From: Alphaproteobacteria bacterium
Lineage (GTDB): Bacteria > Pseudomonadota > Alphaproteobacteria > UBA828
DNA: 64,000 nucleotides
Direction of reading: 5' to 3'
Assembly (NCBI GenBank): GCA_963422645.2
Contig: CAXXVO010000006.1
Span: 128,001-192,000 of the forward strand
Shown here: positions 29,180 to 39,717 of the stretch, piece after piece
Layout: the number at the start of each line of letters is the position of its first letter
Position numbering within the stretch: the stretch's first letter is position 1
Position numbers and translations under genes: made by a program
The notes under the pieces: model-generated
Databases searched by the model: none
What the model was told of the DNA's origin: nothing
The model's input: the letters and a program-made list of their open reading frames with translations, nothing else

Positions 29180-30409
29180 CACAAGCCTCGCCGGAACGGC
29201 GATATCCTTGTCCAGCGCGATGCGGGCGGCGCGATTGGCTCGGCGCAGGAGCTGCTGCATCCGCCGGGCCCAAGCCTCCCCTTCGATGTCCACCAGCGCC
29301 TGCAACTCCCGCAGGTGATGGGCGTTGCACAGGCCGTGCTCCACCCCTTCCATCGCGAAGTACGGCTTCCAGTGATCGTGCACGACGATGCCGGAGACAC
29401 CCGAGAGCAGGGCGCCGCGCTTGCCGCTGACCCGGTACGCCGCCAGCAGCGGCGTGCAGATCACATGAAGCCACTGCGTCTGATCGCCGATCCGCAAGCC
29501 GGTCTCGTCCATGTGTTTCACCCGCGCCGTGCCCGCCGCCAGGTCCTGTATGTGCAAGGCCGCGTCCCGCAGCCGCTCGGCCGCCCTCTCGCTCATCGTC
29601 GCCAACGTCGCAGCCGTCACCGGCGCGCCGAAGAGCTCGGCCATCACCTGCGACAGCCGATCCTCCGGCAGGAAGTGAGCGTGCTGAAGGTAGACCGCCA
29701 CCCCGGCAATGCGCGGGCCGTACTGCACCGGCGCCGACACCCCGTCGGGGAACGCCGCCCGGGTCACCGTCCCGCAATGCCCGCAGCACTTGGCATGCGC
29801 CCGGTGCTCGGTCACCTCCAGGGGGCTCGGCTCGGGCAGATCGAACACCTGGCGGGCGACGGGCGTTCCCGCCCTGGCCGCGTCCGAAAGCGGCGAACCG
29901 CATCCCTTGCAGGAAGCCGGGACGTGATCCTTCACCCGATCCGGGTGATCGGCGCGGCGCAGCGTCTTGCCCTTGTGGCCGGGCTGGCCACCGGGCTTGC
30001 GGCCCGATTTGCCGCGCAGGCTTCGGGTTCGCCGCTTCGAATTCGGCTTCCTCAGCCCATCGCTCGAAGGCGGCTTGCCGCTGTTGCCGCTGTTGAGGCC
30101 GAGACGGCGCTCCAACTCCTCGATGCGCTCGACGAGACGCGCGACTTGCTCTTCCAGCCGCGCGTTCTGCTGCCGAAGCCAGGCATTTTCCTCCCGAAGC
30201 CGGGCGTTCTCCTCCTCCAGGCGGGCGATCTTCTGCGCGGGCGTTTCGGGCGCTGCTCCCGTCGAAGGGCCGCGCGGCGACTCGGGATTGCTCATGTCGT
30301 TGTTGAGTCATTTCCCGAAATTCCCGTCAAGCCCTTTCCACCAACTCCGAACGAGAAACGCCTCAATCCACTGGCCCAAAATGACAAATCAGACGACCTG
30401 GGCAGTTAC
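29180..30409 (-). mobile_element. IS66 copy 3, 3'-truncated by the Mu-like end
   Basis: Left IR ends at 30409; transposase from 30295 matches copy 1 (one GDQ/GGQ change) until VPARLV. Confidence 0.93.
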
Positions 30410-30533
30410 CTAATCAGATCATTCAGTACAGCACCACCGTCAACTCACGATCACACCGCACCATGGTCCCCAGCACACGAGGGAAGAGTTCCGCGAGCCT
30501 GCCCCTGCGAGACGACCAGTCAACAAATTTCAT

Positions 30534-30580
30534 GCGGGATTCGCGGGATAAGTGGGATTCAAGTGGGATAAGTGGGATTC
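30534..30580 (+). repeat. Five short (G/T)GGGAT direct repeats at roughly 10-bp spacing
   Basis: gcgggattc gcgggata agtgggattc aagtgggata agtgggattc. Confidence 0.7.
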
Positions 30581-30600
30581 CGGGTCGCCGCGGCCGCCCC

Positions 30601-31362
30601 TCACACCCTCTCGATGGCGCCGGTAATCAGGCCGGTGACTTCTTCGGGCGAGGTTTCGCTCGTGAGCCTGTCGGCGACCTTGACTCCCCTGCGGAGCACG
30701 ACGACCCGGTCCGCGACGGCGAACACGTCCGGCATCCGGTGCGAGACCAGAAGAATCGACACGCCCTGATCGCGCAGGCGCCTGATCAGCTTCAGCACCT
30801 GTTCCACCTGGCGCACGCTGATCGCCGCCGTCGGCTCGTCCATCAGCACGGCCCTCGAATCGTTGAGCCGGGTGCGGGCGATGGCGACGGCCTGGCGCTG
30901 CCCGCCGGACATGCTGTTCACGATCTGGCTGGCGCGCGTGTCGGATTCCAGCTCCTGGAAGAGCTCGCCGGCCCGCTTGCGCATGGCGCGGAAGTCCACC
31001 GCGACCGGCAGCGCTCCGAGCCGCCTGACGATCTCGCGCCCCAAAAACACGTTCTCGGCGGCCGTCAGGTTGTTGCAGAGCGCGAGGTCCTGGTAGACGA
31101 CCTCGATGCCGTTGCTCCTCGCGTCTGACGGGTTCGAGAAGGCCTTGACCTGACCGTCGATCAGCAGCTCTCCGCTGCTCGGGCTCAGGTTTCCGGCGAT
31201 GATCTTCACGATCGTGGACTTGCCTGCCCCGTTGTCCCCCATGAGCCCGAGCACTTCGCCTTCGTGAAGCTCGAGATCGAGATCCTTCAGCGCTTCGACC
31301 GCGCCGAAGTGCATCCCGATATTGCGCATCTGCAGGAGCGGCACGGCGGGTTCAGCAGCCAT
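30601..31362 (-). CDS. Sugar ABC transporter ATP-binding protein
   Basis: GDNGAGKS, MSGGQRQ, LMDEPTAA. Confidence 0.93.
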   Translation of the reverse strand: MAAEPAVPLLQMRNIGMHFGAVEALKDLDLELHEGEVLGLMGDNGAGKSTIVKIIAGNLSPSSGELLIDGQVKAFSNPSDARSNGIEVVYQDLALCNNLTAAENVFLGREIVRRLGALPVAVDFRAMRKRAGELFQELESDTRASQIVNSMSGGQRQAVAIARTRLNDSRAVLMDEPTAAISVRQVEQVLKLIRRLRDQGVSILLVSHRMPDVFAVADRVVVLRRGVKVADRLTSETSPEEVTGLITGAIERV

Positions 31363-31365
31363 GAC

Positions 31366-32349
31366 TCACACCCTGCCGCCCCGCCGGGCGAGCCACGAGT
31401 TGACCAGAACCGCAACCAGGATGACCACGCCGCGCACGACCTGCTGCACGTCCGGGTCCACGCCGGTCAGCACCAGCCCGTTGGCCAGAACTGCGATGAC
31501 GATGACGCCGAGTAGCGTGCCGACCATGCGTCCGTGTCCGCCGGAGAGCAGCGTGCCGCCCACGATGACGGCGGCGATCACGTCGAACTCCATTCCCGTT
31601 GCGGCGTTGGCGTTGCCGGAGCCGAGCCGCGCGTCGATCAGCACGCCGACGAACGCGGCCATTGCTCCGGTCGTTGCCATGATCAGAACTCGTATCCGGG
31701 CGATATCGATTCCGAGCGCCGCAACCGCCGCCGGATTCGCGCCGACCGCGTAGATGTGCCGGCCGTAGCGGCTGAACTTGGCCAGGTAGGCGAAGACCAG
31801 GAAGGTGGCGATCATCATCCAGGCGACGACGGGGAGTCCCAGCAGGTCTCCGCCCAGCGCCGAGCGGAATTCCTTGCTCGGGACGATCACCGGCAAGGCG
31901 TCGGTCCACCATCGTGCCGCACCGCGCAGCGAGCTCCAGAGTGCCAGGGTGGCGATGAAGGTGGGCACGCCGTAGGCCACCCGCGCCAGTCCGGCCGCCC
32001 CGCCGACGAGCGCGCCGACGGCAACCACCAATGGCAGAGCCGCACCGATCGGTACGTCGTAGGTGCCGACAAGATGAGCGAAGCCGACACCGAAAAAGGC
32101 GACGGCGGGCCCCACGCTGATATCGATTTCCCCCGCGACGATCACGAAGGTCATGGGGAAAGCGATCAACCCCACGTAAGAGGCCGAGCGAAGAATGTTG
32201 ACCAGGTTTCGGTCCGACAGGAAATTCGGTGCGGTCTGCGAGTAGACGACGACGAGACAAATCAGCGCCAGCAGGAGCCCGAGCTCGTTGAGATGCCCGT
32301 CCCACCAGTGCCTTGGGCGCAAATCCTGAGATATCGGGGCAAGTGTCAT
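31366..32349 (-). CDS. Sugar ABC transporter permease (RbsC-like)
   Basis: GEIDISVG, YGRHIYAVGAN, IAAVIVGGT. Confidence 0.93.
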   Translation of the reverse strand: MTLAPISQDLRPRHWWDGHLNELGLLLALICLVVVYSQTAPNFLSDRNLVNILRSASYVGLIAFPMTFVIVAGEIDISVGPAVAFFGVGFAHLVGTYDVPIGAALPLVVAVGALVGGAAGLARVAYGVPTFIATLALWSSLRGAARWWTDALPVIVPSKEFRSALGGDLLGLPVVAWMMIATFLVFAYLAKFSRYGRHIYAVGANPAAVAALGIDIARIRVLIMATTGAMAAFVGVLIDARLGSGNANAATGMEFDVIAAVIVGGTLLSGGHGRMVGTLLGVIVIAVLANGLVLTGVDPDVQQVVRGVVILVAVLVNSWLARRGGRV

Positions 32350-32454
32350 AGTCGATTAACGAAGCGCTCGGCGTTCGATCGAGATCTGGTTCTCGGCCTT
32401 GGAAGCGCAGGGGCGGCCTCTCGGCCGCCCCTCAATTCTGGCTGGAGCTGCAAA

Positions 32455-33435
32455 TCAGGGAATGCCGTCCGCGTGGGCTTCCATCCAGTCGCTAATGCTC
32501 TCGGGCTTGCTGGCCTCGATGACCAGCGTCGGAACGAAGATCAGCTTGTCCTCGACCGCTTCGCCCGCGAGAATTTTCAGCGCGATCTGCACGGCACCGC
32601 GCCCCATTTCCTGCGGCTGCTGCGCGATCACCGCCTTGAGCACATCGCCATCCTGCAGCATTTGCGCGATCTGCAGGGTGATGTCCGACCCGAAGACGGA
32701 GGTTTGCCCGCCAAGGCCCGCGGCCATGACACCCAGAACCGCACCGATGGTGCCGCCCTCGTTGGCGGTCCAGATCAGGTCGATGTCCGGATTTGCGGTC
32801 AGCATCTCGGTCGCGGTTTGCGTGGCGGCGTCAGCCACGAAGCCTTCCTGGTCCGAGAGGATCTCGTAGCTGGCCCCCGCCTCGTCGAGCGCGGCGAGGA
32901 AGCCGGCCTTGCGTTGCTGGCAGGCCTCGTAGCGGTCGCAATTCAGGATGCCGACACGGGCCGTCGCGCCGGAGGCCATGATGTGTCCGGCCGCGACCGC
33001 GCCGAGGTCGTTGCCGAAGTCGAACTGGTTGGTGGTCACGAGACCGCCGGCCAGGCGCTCGGTGTCCTCGTCCGAGAGACAGGTGTTGTAGCAGACGACG
33101 GGAATACCGGCCTCGACCACGCGTTCGACCGCCGGCACCGATGCCTGGAACGACACGGGCGACATGATGACGGCGTCGACGCCCGCGCCGATTGCCACGT
33201 CCAGAAATTCGGCTTCGATGGTCGGGTCGCTCTCGGAATTGCTCGAGATCAGAGAGACGTTCGAGTCGGCGGCGCCTTCGACGATGCCCTTCTGGATGCC
33301 CCCGAAGAATCCCTGGGAATCCAGGAACAGCACCGCCAGCTTGGTCTCTTGCGCCTGGGCCGTCCCGGCAATCGCCACAAGCGCGACCACCCCGGCCGCG
33401 AGAGCGATGCTGACAGGGCGAACGAAACGTTTCAT
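32455..33435 (-). CDS. Sugar ABC transporter substrate-binding protein (RbsB-like)
   Basis: Signal peptide, AGIPVVCYN, QQPQEMG. Confidence 0.9.
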   Translation of the reverse strand: MKRFVRPVSIALAAGVVALVAIAGTAQAQETKLAVLFLDSQGFFGGIQKGIVEGAADSNVSLISSNSESDPTIEAEFLDVAIGAGVDAVIMSPVSFQASVPAVERVVEAGIPVVCYNTCLSDEDTERLAGGLVTTNQFDFGNDLGAVAAGHIMASGATARVGILNCDRYEACQQRKAGFLAALDEAGASYEILSDQEGFVADAATQTATEMLTANPDIDLIWTANEGGTIGAVLGVMAAGLGGQTSVFGSDITLQIAQMLQDGDVLKAVIAQQPQEMGRGAVQIALKILAGEAVEDKLIFVPTLVIEASKPESISDWMEAHADGIP

Positions 33436-33545
33436 GGTCTCCTCCCATTGGTTTCAGTTCGATTTACTGGAGCTGTCGGGCAATCGAGCTCGACACCGTC
33501 AACGAAAACGAGCGCGGCCATCTTGGTATGCCGCCCCGCTCACAA

Positions 33546-34577
33546 TCAAGTCGAGATCATCTTTTTCTCGACGCCGACGCCGGCCTCGACCGCGCGCTGG
33601 TATTCGAGCGGCACTGTCGCCGAATCCTGGATCGCGATCCCGGTGGAATCGAAGAGCGTGACCTCGGCATCGTCCCGCCGGCCCTCCAGCCGGCCGCAGA
33701 TGACCGCGCCGATCTCGCCCGCCACGTCGTCGGCCGCGATCACGCCCTCGGCGATCGGCACGTTGATCTCGCCGTCGGGCACGCACTGCCTGATGTCGTC
33801 CACGAAGATGCGCGCGCGCCCCGCAATCGCGCTTTCCAGCTCCTGATTGCCGGCAAGGTCGGAACCCAAAGCCGCGATGTGGGTGCCGTCCCCAATCCAT
33901 TCGTCGCGAACCACGGGGTCGGCGCCGGTGGTGGTGGTCACCACCGCATCGGCGCCCCGCACCACCCCTTCCAGATCGGTCGACGGCACCAGGTCGAGGC
34001 CCGGATGGCGCGGCGCCTCGCTCGCCATGAAGGCATCGAGGGTGGCCTGGGTGCGGCTCTAGACCCGGACCTCCGACCACGCGCGCTCGGCGGCACAGGT
34101 CCGGAGCGAGCCGATGCCCACGTCGCCCGCGCCCACCAGCGCCAGCACCGACGCATCCTTGCGCGCGAGCCAGCGGATCGAGACCGCCGCAGACGCTCCC
34201 GTCCGCATCATGGTGTGGTAGCTGCCGTCCACGATGGCCAAGGGAAAGCCGGTCTCGGGCTCGGTATAGACCAGGATCGAGAACACCGTCGGCAGGTCGA
34301 ACTTCGCCCGGTTGTGCTCGCGGATCGAGACCCACTTGCAGGCGGCGGCCTCGGTCACGCCAACGCCCGCCGGCTCCTCGATATAGGAGGGCATGACCTC
34401 CCACTCGCCGGGATACTTGTCGAGCACGATGTGGCCCTTGGGCTCCAGGTAGCAGCGCCCCTCGCCGTGCCGGCGGAACGCAGTTTCGACGCAATCGACG
34501 TACTCGCCGGGCTCCAGCAGGCCCATCATGTCGGTGCGGCTGAGGATCAGGGTCTTGCGGTTGCGCCAGCTGGTCAT
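33546..34577 (-). pseudogene. Ornithine cyclodeaminase/mu-crystallin family gene with an in-frame TAG at 34059-34061
   Basis: TMMRTGASAAV, VGAGDVG, EVRV*SRT, GTHIAALGSD and FDSTGIAIQD all lie in one frame. Confidence 0.85.
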
Positions 34578-36931
34578 GTTGCGTCGGCTCCTTCCCTTGT
34601 CCCGGATGTCGCTTGCCCGTGCAGGATGCGCCAGATCGCCTCGGGCGTCGCCGGCATCTCGACCCTCTCGTGGCCGCCGTGGTCGCGCAGCGCATCGGCC
34701 ACCGCGTTCATCACCGCCGCAGGCGCCACGATCGAGCCGGCCTCGCCGCAGCCCTTCACGCCGAGCGGGTTGGTCAGGCAGGGTACCACGGCGAAGTGGC
34801 CGGCGAAGAGGGGCAGGTCGTCGGCGCGCGGCAGCGTGTAGTCCATGAACGAGCCGGCGAGGAGCTGCCCGCTCGCCGCGTCGTAGGCCGCGTGCTCGGT
34901 CAGCGCTTGCCCGATCCCCTGGGCGACGGCGCCGTGGTTCTGGCCCTCCGCCAGCAGCGGATTGAGGATCCGCCCGAAGTCGTCCACGGCGGTGTAGCGC
35001 ACGATCCGCACCAGCCCCGTGGCCCGCTCGATCTCCACCTCGCAGACGTGGCAGCCGTTGGCGAAGGTCGCGGCGCGGCCCACATGATTGACCTCGCAAT
35101 CGAGGCCCAGCGTCTCGGCCTCCGGCCTGAGCGCCGCATCGAACGAGGCGCGCACGACCTCGGCGAATCCGAGCGAACGGTCGGTGCCGGCGATGCGGTA
35201 GCGCCCGCCCTCGAAGCGCACGTCAGCCTCCCGCGTCTCCAGCAGCGCGGCGGCGACGGCGCGGCCCCTCTCCGCTGCCTCCTCCGCCGCACGAAGCAGG
35301 GCGTTGCCGCCGTAAGGGAGGCTGCGCGAGCCGCTGGAGCCGCTGCCGTGGGCGACGAGGTCGGTATCCCCTTGGCGGACGCGCACGTGGCCCACGGGCA
35401 TGCCGAGGTGATCTGCGACGATCTGGGCGTAAGCCGTCTCATGCCCCTGCCCCGTCGATTGGCTGCCGATCAGTACCGTCGCAGCACCCTCCGCATCAAA
35501 GCGCAGCGCCACCCACTGGTTGCGGTTGGCGCCGCAGGGGTCGACATAGAAGGCCATGCCGATGCCGCGCAGATGGGTGCCCTCCCCCGCTCCGGCCTCT
35601 CGCCCGCGCGCCGCGCGCCAGCCGCCCGCCTCGCACGCGGTCTCCAGGATCGCGGGGAAGTCGCCCGAATCGTAGGTCTGGCCCAGCGGCGTGCGGTAGG
35701 GCATGGCGTCGGCGGAAATCATGTTGCGGCGGCGCAGCTCCGCGGGATCGAGCCCCAGCGCGTGCGCCGCCTTGTCGATCAGGCGCTCCAGCAGATAGAC
35801 GTTCTCGGGCCGGCCCGCGCCGCGATAGGCGTCCGTCGGCGCCGTGTTGGTGTAGGCGGAGCGCACGCGGACGTGCAGCGCCGGCGTCCGGTAGGGCCCG
35901 ATCAGCGCCCGCGTCCCGCCCGCGGTGGAGACCGAGGGCCCGTAGTTGGAGGCATAGGCGCCGAGATTGGCGACGCTCTCGATGGCCAGTGCCAGGAAGC
36001 GCCCCTCGGCGTCCAGCGCGAGCGTCGCCCGCGAGCGGAGGTCCCGGCCCTGGTGATCGCTCGCCATGGCCTCGCCCCGCTCCGCCACCCACTTGACCGG
36101 ACGCCCGAGCCTGCGCGCCGCAAAGAGCACCAGCGCGTACTCGGGATAGACCCAGAGCTTGACCCCGAAGGCGCCGCCCACGTCCGGCGTCACCACGCGC
36201 ACCCGCTGCGCCGGCACCTTCAGCACGTGCTTGGCCAGGACATTCCGCACCAGGTGGACGCCCTGCGTGCCCGCGCTCAGCGTGTAGGTCCCGCTGCCGG
36301 GGTCGTAGGAGCCGAGCGCGGCCCGGGGCTCCATGGGGCAGACGATGACCCGCTGGTTGCGGGTCTCCAGGCTGACCCGGTGGGCCGTAGCGGCCAGCGC
36401 CTCCTCCACCTGGGCCCGCTCGCCCAGCTCCCAGTCCACGCAGAGATTGCCGGGTGCCTCGTCGTGCAGCAGCGGCGCCTCGGGCCGCAGCGCCGCCTCC
36501 GCATCGGTCACCGCCGCGAGCGGCCGGTAGGCGACGGCAACCGCCTCGGCCGCGGCGCGGGCCTCTTCGGCGCTCTCGGCAACGACGAAGGCGACCGGAT
36601 CGCCCACCACCCGCGCCCGCCCCGCCGCGAGCACCGGGCGGGGCGGCGTCGCGCTCTCGCTGCCGTCCGCTCCCCTGGGCTTCATCACGCAGGGGATCGC
36701 GCCGATCCCGGCCTCGGCCAGGTCGGCGGCGGTGTAGACCGCCAGCACCCCCGGCATCGCCAGCGCGCCGCTCGTATCGATGGCGCCCAGCGCGGCATGG
36801 GCATGGGGCGAGCGCACCACCGAGCCCCAGGCCTGGCGCGGCAGCGCGAGGTCGTCGAGATAGCGCCCGCGGCCGGTGAGGAAGCGCTCGTCCTCCGTCC
36901 GCCGTGCCGCCCCGCCGATACCGTCCCTCAT
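34574..36931 (-). CDS. Xanthine dehydrogenase / CoxL-like molybdopterin-binding subunit
   Basis: REDERFLTGRGRY-type start, DVGGAFG, AYRGAGRPE, GQGHET, GVKGCGEAG. Confidence 0.92.
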   Translation of the reverse strand: MRDGIGGAARRTEDERFLTGRGRYLDDLALPRQAWGSVVRSPHAHAALGAIDTSGALAMPGVLAVYTAADLAEAGIGAIPCVMKPRGADGSESATPPRPVLAAGRARVVGDPVAFVVAESAEEARAAAEAVAVAYRPLAAVTDAEAALRPEAPLLHDEAPGNLCVDWELGERAQVEEALAATAHRVSLETRNQRVIVCPMEPRAALGSYDPGSGTYTLSAGTQGVHLVRNVLAKHVLKVPAQRVRVVTPDVGGAFGVKLWVYPEYALVLFAARRLGRPVKWVAERGEAMASDHQGRDLRSRATLALDAEGRFLALAIESVANLGAYASNYGPSVSTAGGTRALIGPYRTPALHVRVRSAYTNTAPTDAYRGAGRPENVYLLERLIDKAAHALGLDPAELRRRNMISADAMPYRTPLGQTYDSGDFPAILETACEAGGWRAARGREAGAGEGTHLRGIGMAFYVDPCGANRNQWVALRFDAEGAATVLIGSQSTGQGHETAYAQIVADHLGMPVGHVRVRQGDTDLVAHGSGSSGSRSLPYGGNALLRAAEEAAERGRAVAAALLETREADVRFEGGRYRIAGTDRSLGFAEVVRASFDAALRPEAETLGLDCEVNHVGRAATFANGCHVCEVEIERATGLVRIVRYTAVDDFGRILNPLLAEGQNHGAVAQGIGQALTEHAAYDAASGQLLAGSFMDYTLPRADDLPLFAGHFAVVPCLTNPLGVKGCGEAGSIVAPAAVMNAVADALRDHGGHERVEMPATPEAIWRILHGQATSGTREGADAT

Positions 36932-37031
36932 TCCGCCCCCGCATTGCCAAGCGTGCGTCGGCAAGTTAGATAGCCGGGCGCTCCGCCGCAAAGGGCGGGA
37001 CAAGGCGGGATACGACGGGAGAGGCGCAAGC

Positions 37032-38507
37032 GTGGCAGGCGGGGGCGACGGCTACGACGTGATCGTGGTGGGCTGCGGCATCGCGGGCTTGTCGGCCGCC
37101 GTCAGCGCCCAGCAGGCCGGCGCCCGCGTGGCCCTGCTGGAGCGCGCGCCCAGGGAGGAGCGCGGCGGCAACACCCGCTATACCGAGTCCTTCTGGCGCA
37201 TGCAGAGCCGCGACGAGGTCTCCGAGGATTTCCTCGAGCGCTTCGCCGAGAACGCCGGCGGCCACCTCGACCCCGCCCTGATCGAGGACAGCGTCAGGCC
37301 CTACGACCAATGGCCGAGGCTCCTGCGCGGTCTCGGCTTCGTCGATCCCGAGCTGGTCACGACCCTTGCGGACAACGCCGGTCCGACGCTGCGCTGGTTC
37401 ACCGGCTTCGGCGTCGCGTTCGACTTCCTGCCCAACTACTTCATCACCGAGAGCACGACCCGCATGGCGCCGGCGGGCGGCGGCCTCGCCCTGGTGGAGG
37501 CGCTCGCCGCCCACGCCGAGACCGTGCCCGACCGCATCGCGATCCACTACGAGACCACGGCGCGGCGCCTCACCCAGGACGACACAGGCCGCGTCAACGG
37601 CGTCGAGGCGACCGGCGTCAACAACCGCACTGCACGCCTTCACGCCCGCGCCGTGGTGCTCGCCTCCGGCGGCTTCGAGGGCAACCCGGAGATGCTGAGC
37701 CGCTATCTCGGCCCGCAGAGCCAGTTCATCCGCCCGGTCGCGCGCGGCGGCTACTACAACCGGGGCGAAGGCATCCGCATGGCGCTGGAGATCGGCGCCG
37801 CCCCCTGCGGCGACTACGGCAGCTTCCACGCCCAGCCGGTCGATCCCCGCTCCGGCCAGCACGAGCCGGTGGTGCTCAACTACCCTTACGGCATCCTGGT
37901 TAACCGCGAGGGCCGGCGCTTCGTCGACGAGGCGCTGGCGACCGTGGACGCGAGCTACGAGGCCGCGTCAAGGCGCATGATGGCGCAGACCGAGGGCATC
38001 GCCTTCGCCATCACCGACGCGCGGCTCGACGACGTGCCCAACTGGCGGAAGTCGGTGCGCACCGACCGGCCGCCGGTGCAGGCGGAGACCCCGGCTGCGC
38101 TGGCCCAGGCTCTCGGCATCGACGGCGAAGGGCTCGCGCAGACGTTGGGTGCCTACAACGCCGCCTGCCGCAGCGAGAACGGCTTCACCCCCCTCGCCCT
38201 CGACGGGCTGGGCACCGACGGCCTCACGCCCCGAAAATCCAACTGGGCGAGGCCCGTGGACCGGCCGCCCTTCCGCGCCTGGCCGATCATCGCCGCCAAC
38301 TGCTTCACCTTCGGCGGGCTCAAGATCGACGCGCTGGCGCGCGTGCTCAACACCGACGGCGAGACGATTCCGGGCCTCTACGCCGCAGGCGAGACCGCCG
38401 GCCTCTACTACCGCACCTATACCGGCTCCACCTCGGTGATGCGGGGCGCGGTCTTCGGCCGCATCGCCGGGCTCGACGCGGCGGCGCGCAAGAACCGCCC
38501 AAGTTGA
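37032..38507 (+). CDS. FAD-dependent oxidoreductase, TcuA (tricarballylate dehydrogenase)-like
   Basis: VVGCGIAG, ERGGNTRYT, SGGFEGN, FTFGGL, GLYAAGE; the neighbouring PrpF-family gene fits. Confidence 0.8.
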   Translation: MAGGGDGYDVIVVGCGIAGLSAAVSAQQAGARVALLERAPREERGGNTRYTESFWRMQSRDEVSEDFLERFAENAGGHLDPALIEDSVRPYDQWPRLLRGLGFVDPELVTTLADNAGPTLRWFTGFGVAFDFLPNYFITESTTRMAPAGGGLALVEALAAHAETVPDRIAIHYETTARRLTQDDTGRVNGVEATGVNNRTARLHARAVVLASGGFEGNPEMLSRYLGPQSQFIRPVARGGYYNRGEGIRMALEIGAAPCGDYGSFHAQPVDPRSGQHEPVVLNYPYGILVNREGRRFVDEALATVDASYEAASRRMMAQTEGIAFAITDARLDDVPNWRKSVRTDRPPVQAETPAALAQALGIDGEGLAQTLGAYNAACRSENGFTPLALDGLGTDGLTPRKSNWARPVDRPPFRAWPIIAANCFTFGGLKIDALARVLNTDGETIPGLYAAGETAGLYYRTYTGSTSVMRGAVFGRIAGLDAAARKNRPS

Positions 38508-38514
38508 GCCCGCA

Positions 38515-39675
38515 GTGAGCCAGATCGCGCTCCCCGCCGTCTTCATGCGGGGCGGCACCAGCAAGGGCCTCTTCTTCCACCGCCGCGACCTGCCGGCGGA
38601 GCGCTCGGATTGGGACGTGCTCTTCCTCGCCGCCCTTGGCAGCCCCGACCCCCACGGCCGCCAGCTCGACGGCATGGGCGGCGGCATCTCCTCGCTCAGC
38701 AAGGTGGTAGTGGTGAGCCCGAGCGAGCGCCCCGGCGTCGACCTCGACTACCTCTTCGGCCAGGTGGCGGTGGAGCACGCGAAAGTCGACTACCGCAGCA
38801 ACTGCGGCAACCTCACCGCTGCCGTCGGGCCCTTCGCCGTGGACGAGGGGCTGGTGCAGGCGGCCGACGGCGAGGCCGCCCTTACCCTCCACAACGACAA
38901 CCTGGGCCAGACCATCGAGGCCCGCTTCGCGGTCGCGAAGGGCCGCGCGGTGGTGGAGGGCGAGACCGTGCTCGACGGCGTCGCCGGCCGGGGCGCGCCC
39001 ATCGGCCTCTCCTTCCTGGAGCCGGGCGGCGCCGTCACCGGCCGCCTGCTGCCCTCAGGCCGCGCCCGCGACCTGCTCCACGTGCCCGGCGCGGACCCCA
39101 TCGAGGCCACGCTGATCGACGCATCGACCGCCCTGGTTATCGTCCGCGCTGAGAATGTGGGTGCGACGGGAATCGAATCGCCTGATAAAATTGAGGCCGC
39201 CCCTGCCCTCGCCGCGCGGCTGGAGGCGATCCGCCGCGCCGGCGCCGCCGCCATGGGGCTCGCGCCGGAGACCGAGAGCGTGCCCAAGGTGGGCTTCGTC
39301 GCCCCGCCCGCCGATGCGCCGACCCTGAGCGGCGCGGGCCTCGCGGCCGACTCGGTCGATCTCACGGCGCGGGCGATCTCCATGGGCCGCCCGCACCGGG
39401 CGCTGCCCCTCACCGCGGCACTCGCGTTCGCCGCGGCCGCGCGCATCCCCGGCACCCTCGCCGCCGAGGCCTCCCGCCCCGCCAACGGCAGCCTCGTCCG
39501 CCTCGGCCATCCCTCGGGCATCGCCGAGGTCGCGGTCGATCTCGCTAGCGCCGACCCGCCCCGCATCGCCCGCCTCACCGTGACCCGTACCGCGCGCCGC
39601 TTGATGGAAGGCCGCGTCCTCGTCCCCGCCCGCCCACCGGGCACCGACAAGGGCCTCCTCTCTGAGCCACTATGA
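38515..39675 (+). CDS. PrpF-family isomerase
   Basis: MRGGTSKG, QLDGMGGGISSLSK, NCGNL, TRTARRLMEG. Confidence 0.92.
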   Translation: MSQIALPAVFMRGGTSKGLFFHRRDLPAERSDWDVLFLAALGSPDPHGRQLDGMGGGISSLSKVVVVSPSERPGVDLDYLFGQVAVEHAKVDYRSNCGNLTAAVGPFAVDEGLVQAADGEAALTLHNDNLGQTIEARFAVAKGRAVVEGETVLDGVAGRGAPIGLSFLEPGGAVTGRLLPSGRARDLLHVPGADPIEATLIDASTALVIVRAENVGATGIESPDKIEAAPALAARLEAIRRAGAAAMGLAPETESVPKVGFVAPPADAPTLSGAGLAADSVDLTARAISMGRPHRALPLTAALAFAAAARIPGTLAAEASRPANGSLVRLGHPSGIAEVAVDLASADPPRIARLTVTRTARRLMEGRVLVPARPPGTDKGLLSEPL

Positions 39676-39717
39676 CTTTGTGTTGGCTGTGCACTTTCCC
39701 GCTAAGTCTATTCTTTT

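Noticed and set aside
28766-30295. Novel 509-aa transposase variant
   Set aside because: It is read-through of the truncated IS66 into the phage end and lacks the catalytic C-terminus.
34574-36931. True form I CO dehydrogenase
   Set aside because: The active-site loop is AYRGAGR rather than AYxCSFR, and coxM/coxS are not adjacent.
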